A DNA stretch of 64,000 nucleotides from Monocercomonoides exilis PA203 (Eukaryota; Protista; Preaxostyla). Position 1 is the stretch's first letter. Every line of letters begins with the position of its first letter. The translations under genes and the position numbers were made by a program. Below are positions 59,301-64,000 of this stretch, one piece after another. The stretch is taken from assembly GCA_001643675.2 (NCBI GenBank), contig LSRY02000010.1, positions 434,001 to 498,000 on the forward strand. Reading direction: 5' to 3'. Under the pieces are notes generated by a model that did not search any database, was not told the origin of the DNA, and saw only the letters and a program-made list of their open reading frames with translations.

Positions 59301-62046
59301 CTGTCTTCATGTGGGTGCCTTTTGCCGTGTGGTCAGAGGAGGTCGTGATGAGAATGTCCTCTTTTCGCGCGTGTGCGACGTTTGTGACGCCAGTCAGATG
59401 CGGATGGTGGATGCCCCCGGGAATGCGCAGGAAGAGAGGAGGGTGCAGAACAGAACGAGAGGCGACAGAACTCGCCACTTGCATCGAAAAGGAGTGAGTT
59501 TCTCTGAGATGAAGGAAGATGGGGGATTTGAAAAAAGAATAATTCAGTGTGAATTAAAAGTATGAATTGTATCAAGAAAAATTATAAATAATTGCTTTAT
59601 TTTTTATTAAAAAAATATGAACATAACATTCATTTATAAAGGAAATAACACAAAGATATATGAAACACAATATCATTTATTATCAAATTTTTTAAATTCC
59701 TTTGCACAACACACTTTCCTTTCATCACCTCTGCATCCCACATCTCCTTCTCGTAAAACGGCTTGAATGAGAATATGTCCCCTGACGACGACCCCGCATA
59801 GAGCGCACCTTCGCTCCCGTGTGCATTCGGGGCGGTGTAGCAGACACTCGTCCACCAGCGATTCCTCTTCCGCAGAAAGAGCGACTCAGCTGTGGTTGCC
59901 CCACCGCCTGTGCTCGCTGCACCGCCGCTGCCAGTCGACGAGGCAGCCGTCAGAGTGGCTGAGAGGGGAGTGGGCGTCCGCCCGAAGGGAGAGGCGGACG
60001 AATGTGCAGTGGCTTTGCCGACGGGGAGGAACCTGAGAAGATGGGGGAAGGGGTGGAATGGGGAGGTTGGTTGGCATTGGGTGGTGAGAGTTTGTAGATA
60101 GAAAAGAGATGAAAAAGAATTAGCAGAATGAGAAGAGATGGAGAGAAAGAAAGTTTGTTAGATAACAGAGCATATTTTTAGATAATATAAAAATGAATGA
60201 TAGTTAACAAAGCAAATTAACATTGTTTCAAACTTTTGGTTGTGCATTATCATCCATTTGATGTCGTGCGAATCGGAATCAGGTTTTCTGTCGTTTTAGT
60301 CACAATTCATGAATATTTGGGGGATCAAATAAAATAAAAAATAAAATAAATAAATAAAAAAAATAAATAAAATAAGATGAAAAGCAAAAGAGATTATCGC
60401 AATCAACTTTGTCACAGTCATTGACACAACAACACAGAAATGCAAACACATTGTGCTTTATCTGCAGAGGGCGTGGATTAATCAGCGATTCCACAGTCAG
60501 ACCAGGGTTAGCACTCTGCCTCATTCTGAAAGCCTCCTTTGGCGAGAGCATTCGAGGCGTCGTGCGTTCCGACTGCGAATGAGCTGTGGAGCCTCCGCTT
60601 TTTGCGAAAGGATCCTCTCTGAATGCAGAGTGTGGAGGGTGTTCTGCCATCGGAGTGAAGGGGGAGTGGATGTCTGACTGCGGAGGCGGAATCGGAGGCA
60701 CCTGCGCTTCGGTCGCCTGCAGCGCTGCGACAAGGCGGTGGTAGTGCTTCGATCCAGGATATCTGCGATGAGTGTTTATGAGTTGGTTTGTTTGTTATTT
60801 GTTAAGTTTCATTTAGTTTGGATGATGATATTTTGTGTGTGAAAAGAAAATGACTCATAAAAACATAATCATCATTGTTTGCATGAGAAACAAACCTGAC
60901 ATCAAACAATTGTTCGAACTCGTTTTCGCTTTGCTGCAAATCTCGAATTTTGTCTACTGCCCGAGCGGTTGCAGTGAGCGTCAGACTTACCGGATCTCGA
61001 TCCAAAGATTCAGTTGAACTTAAAAAAAAGTCATATGAACAAGTATTTTTAAAAAAGTTATATTCATCAAAATTTACAGAAAAATAAATAAATAATAATT
61101 ATAATAAGAAATGAAACAATGGCAGTTTTAAGTTTCAAATGAAAAAAAAGGTTAAATATTATATTTGTTTATATTACATTTCAAAAATACCTTTGTGCTA
61201 TAATTGCCTGCTTAAGCTTTGTGACAGCTGATGATGGATCAAATTGAAGGTAAGTTTGGTTATCTTCTTCCAAAAGTTGATAAAGTTCAAAAAGTGGATG
61301 GATTATATGTTCTCGTCCTTTATAATTGCTCATTATTAAAAAATGAAAATAATAATTATAACAACCTGGACTAACAATCCAAACGCGAAGAGTTGAATCG
61401 TCTGATGCACTAAATATAAATTGCCTATGAGAGCAAATACAAAAAACTGATCCTTCATGTCCAACTAATGTTTGTATTAAATGAGGTTGTTGTGAATTCA
61501 TGGAATCAGCACTAACATCCCACACTTCACATTGAAAAGGAAATAAAATTTGGTGAAAATAGCATCCATTAAAAATAAAAGATATTACCTTTTATTGTTC
61601 GGTCTGATGAGCCAGAAATAAGCAAGTTATATGCAGGAAGAAATGCCATTGTATTTATTGAGCCAACGTGCCCTGTCAGCACTTCACGAGGATTAGAAGT
61701 CTTTAAATTGTATGTATTTGATTGAAATAATTCAATTCGCCCATCGTCATAACCAATTGCCATCCAATCTCCTGCGGAGCATAAAGATTTCACATAAACC
61801 TAAATTTTCAAAGACCAGCAGCTAATATCAAATAACGCAAATGCAGCAAACAGGCTTTCTTGTTTGAATGCTAACTTCATGCAAATAATCAACGCTTTGA
61901 AGGTACATGCTTTGATAAGAATGATTATGATGCAATTCAAGGATTTTTGAGGCAAAAATTGTTGATGCATTCACAGATGTAAGCGAAATGGGGTCCAGTT
62001 GAATATTTTCTTGATGCTCATCCAGAGTTAATGTTGCCTTGCTCAT
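53315..62046 (-). CDS. Giant multi-exon WD40-repeat protein with long Ser/Gln-rich insertions
   Basis: Many GH...WD-type repeats (LTGHVGSINTM...SGSSDRTIKVWD, LVGHEGSV...SASDDSTLRVW, LIGHDNAI, TGSLDAIIRIW) on successive exons. The 5' and 3' junctions I checked splice in frame. Some central junctions were not fully verified. Confidence 0.8.
56685..56798 (-). repeat. Coding minisatellite encoding (LQS)n followed by (QS)n
   Basis: 9-bp units (GTGATTGRA on +) and 6-bp TGATTG units give LQSLQSLQSLQSLQSLQSFQSQQQSQSMSQSQSQSQ. Confidence 0.85.
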
Positions 62047-62130
62047 ATTTATCAAGACTTTTCGTTTTATCTTGAGTTTTAATGTTGTTTGATCATTATA
62101 GCCAATTTATTTTTTTGTCTTTTTTTAAGA

Positions 62131-62890
62131 ATGTCAGAAGAATTACAGGCCGGTGTTTTCGAGGGTGAAGAACCTGAAGAAGATATACCAGAAGAAGAAT
62201 GTGGGGTATTTTCCTCATCTTCTGTATCAAATGAATTGACACCAGCTGTTACTGTATTTAGCGGAGAAGAAGCTGAGGATGATATTGAGGAAGGTAATTC
62301 ATTGTTTTTTTTTCCAAATTTTGATAATTTCAAATGTGATGAAATTGTGATATTGCTGTTAAATCTATTTTTTATGTATTTTTTTCCATTTTTATTTTCA
62401 GAGCAATGTGAAATTACATCACAAAATTTTTCTTCGTCTGTATCCCCGCCACCTTCTCAAAACAAAACTTCTCAAAATCACACGCAGCAAATAAATCAAC
62501 AGATTTTGAAAGTTAAGCAGCCAGAATCAAAATTACAAGCAGATCTTTGTATGGATGAAAAAATCTGATTTTGATTATGAAATATAAACAAATGAAAATT
62601 ATTTATTATTTCTTTATAAAAGACGCTCATTACCAAGCCATTTACAAAATTATGGAAAACAAGCATGGGGCATGTGATAGAACTATTAACAAAGCAATGG
62701 GCAACATTAGCATATCACTTTCTCTTCTTGGACCTTTGTTTCAGGTATTTATTTGTAATATTCATTGTTAACACTAATTTGCAATAATTTATAAAAGGAT
62801 ATTGCTGACGGGCTACAGAAAACAAAACGGCATTTGACAGAAACAACTTTATCAATAACACATCTAAACAGAACAATGAATTTTTGGTGA
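62131..62890 (+). CDS. Small acidic/coiled-coil protein, possible BLOC-1 subunit 3 (BLOC1S3)-like (4 exons)
   Basis: Three GT-AG introns give an open frame: MSEELQAGVFEGEEPEED...VFSGEEAEDD...ESKLQADLYAHYQ...FQDIADGLQKTKRHLTETTLSI. The duplicated GE.xE.D motif and C-terminal coiled coil recall BLOS3. Confidence 0.5.
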
Positions 62891-63423
62891 AATATTTCTC
62901 TTATATTTCAAAATTATCAAATTATTAAGAAAATGTAATATCATTTAATATCTGAATGAATTGGAAAATGGTGGTTTGTGAGATATTTTATTTTCTTTTT
63001 CTTTACTTCTCTTTTTAATTGCCATTTCTGAAAATTTATAGGAAATGTGTGGATAAATAATCGTATTTGTTTTTGAATGCTGTAGGACTAATAAAGTTAA
63101 GGAATTATTAACGCTTCAATTAACTTTTTTTTTTGATTGTCATTTCAAATTATTTTATACTCTTTGATATTTTTCTTCAAAAAAATTTTTTTTTCATTTT
63201 AACTTATTGAAGTTTAATTGCAAATTTTTTATTTCTAATTAAAAACACTTTTATGATAAGCAAATTAAAAGAATATCGGAACTTTCAAATTGAGATTATT
63301 TATGTTTCTATTGATTTCTTTTGCGTCAATAAAGTGTTGTAATGCAAATAAAGTTGCCGGAAAACGTTTTAAAAAACAAACAAATGATTTTTATTAAAAT
63401 TGATCAAATGAAAATTTCTGCTT

Positions 63424-64000
63424 ATTCATCTGAATAATGAGAAGCATCCCCTCCGTCATCAACGCTATTTGAATTTTCTTCTTTTTCATCATCACGCGAC
63501 TTATGCAAAATATCATCAACATCATGAATTTTTTCATTTTCAAAAAAAAAATCAATTTCTTCATCCGCAATAATAGTTTTTTTCTTCTGTAAAAAAAATG
63601 AATCATTATATGCAAAATATCAACAAAGTTTGGGTTTGAATTTCGTTGAAAAAGCCACATGCACATGCAATTTGTTTTGAATAATTTTCTAACACCTTAC
63701 CAAGGGAAAAAATGCTCTTAAATGACTCCACAACCCTTCAACGGTATTGGTACATGCACCTGTTTCTGGATCTTTGAAGTTCCTTTTATGACAGACCGTA
63801 ATATGTTCATAACCAATATCTTTCAGACAATTATAGCTTTTCCATTCATCACTAATTATTGTTGTGCCTGCTAATATCCTTTCTTGAATAATAGGAATCA
63901 ATGTTTCTTTTTTCCTGTCTGGCACGATGATAACAAAATTTGTTCCAGCTCCTCCTCCTTCCTTCCTCTCAACTCCCCCGAAAATCCACAGCATGTCCTT
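63424..64000 (-). mobile_element. Merlin/IS1595 (ISXO2-like) DDE transposase, 3' part, disrupted; runs off the window edge
   Basis: WIFGGVER...VPDRKKETLIPII...GTTIISDEWKSY...YEHITVCH...FKDPETGACTNTVEGLWSHL is the DDE_Tnp_IS1595 signature. Homology seems to continue in another frame (GVRKLF...MWLFQRN) after a frameshift and stop near 63690-63710. Confidence 0.88.

Noticed and set aside
62079-62333. Minus-strand ORF as a frameshifted first exon of the WD40 gene
   Set aside because: It is the antisense of a coherent spliced plus-strand gene starting at 62131, and WD40 has its own ATG at 62046.
1-64000. tRNA, rRNA or snRNA genes
   Set aside because: No cloverleaf, T-loop or rRNA-like conserved sequence recognised by eye. 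A covariance-model scan is needed to exclude divergent small RNAs.

Overview
Eukaryotic, AT-rich, intron-containing protist DNA using the standard genetic code: conserved genes end in TAA, TAG or TGA. Gene style and the giant Cys/Gly-rich membrane proteins with degenerate kinase-like tails most resemble the oxymonad Monocercomonoides (inference, no database search). I reconstructed about 16 genes by hand, most of them spliced: a PP1 catalytic subunit, an ankyrin-repeat protein, a polytopic membrane protein, FAM50/XAP5, a 3055-aa receptor-like pseudokinase plus a decayed paralog, a PHO80-like cyclin, CCT3, LCMT1, a C2+PH-like protein, a two-domain TPR protein, a giant WD40 protein, a possible BLOC1S3 and several hypotheticals. 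A broken Merlin/IS1595 transposase runs off the right edge. The most striking non-genic structure is five long hairpin (foldback/MITE) elements from three families. Four have TA target duplications, one is nested inside another, and copy-specific differences are mirrored on both arms. Other points of interest are patchwork identity between the two receptor paralogs, head-to-head genes whose start codons are only 69-169 bp apart, a recurrent AATTCCC motif near start codons, and a GTTTG...AAG-rich splice-site style. All exon models are manual and unverified by transcripts.
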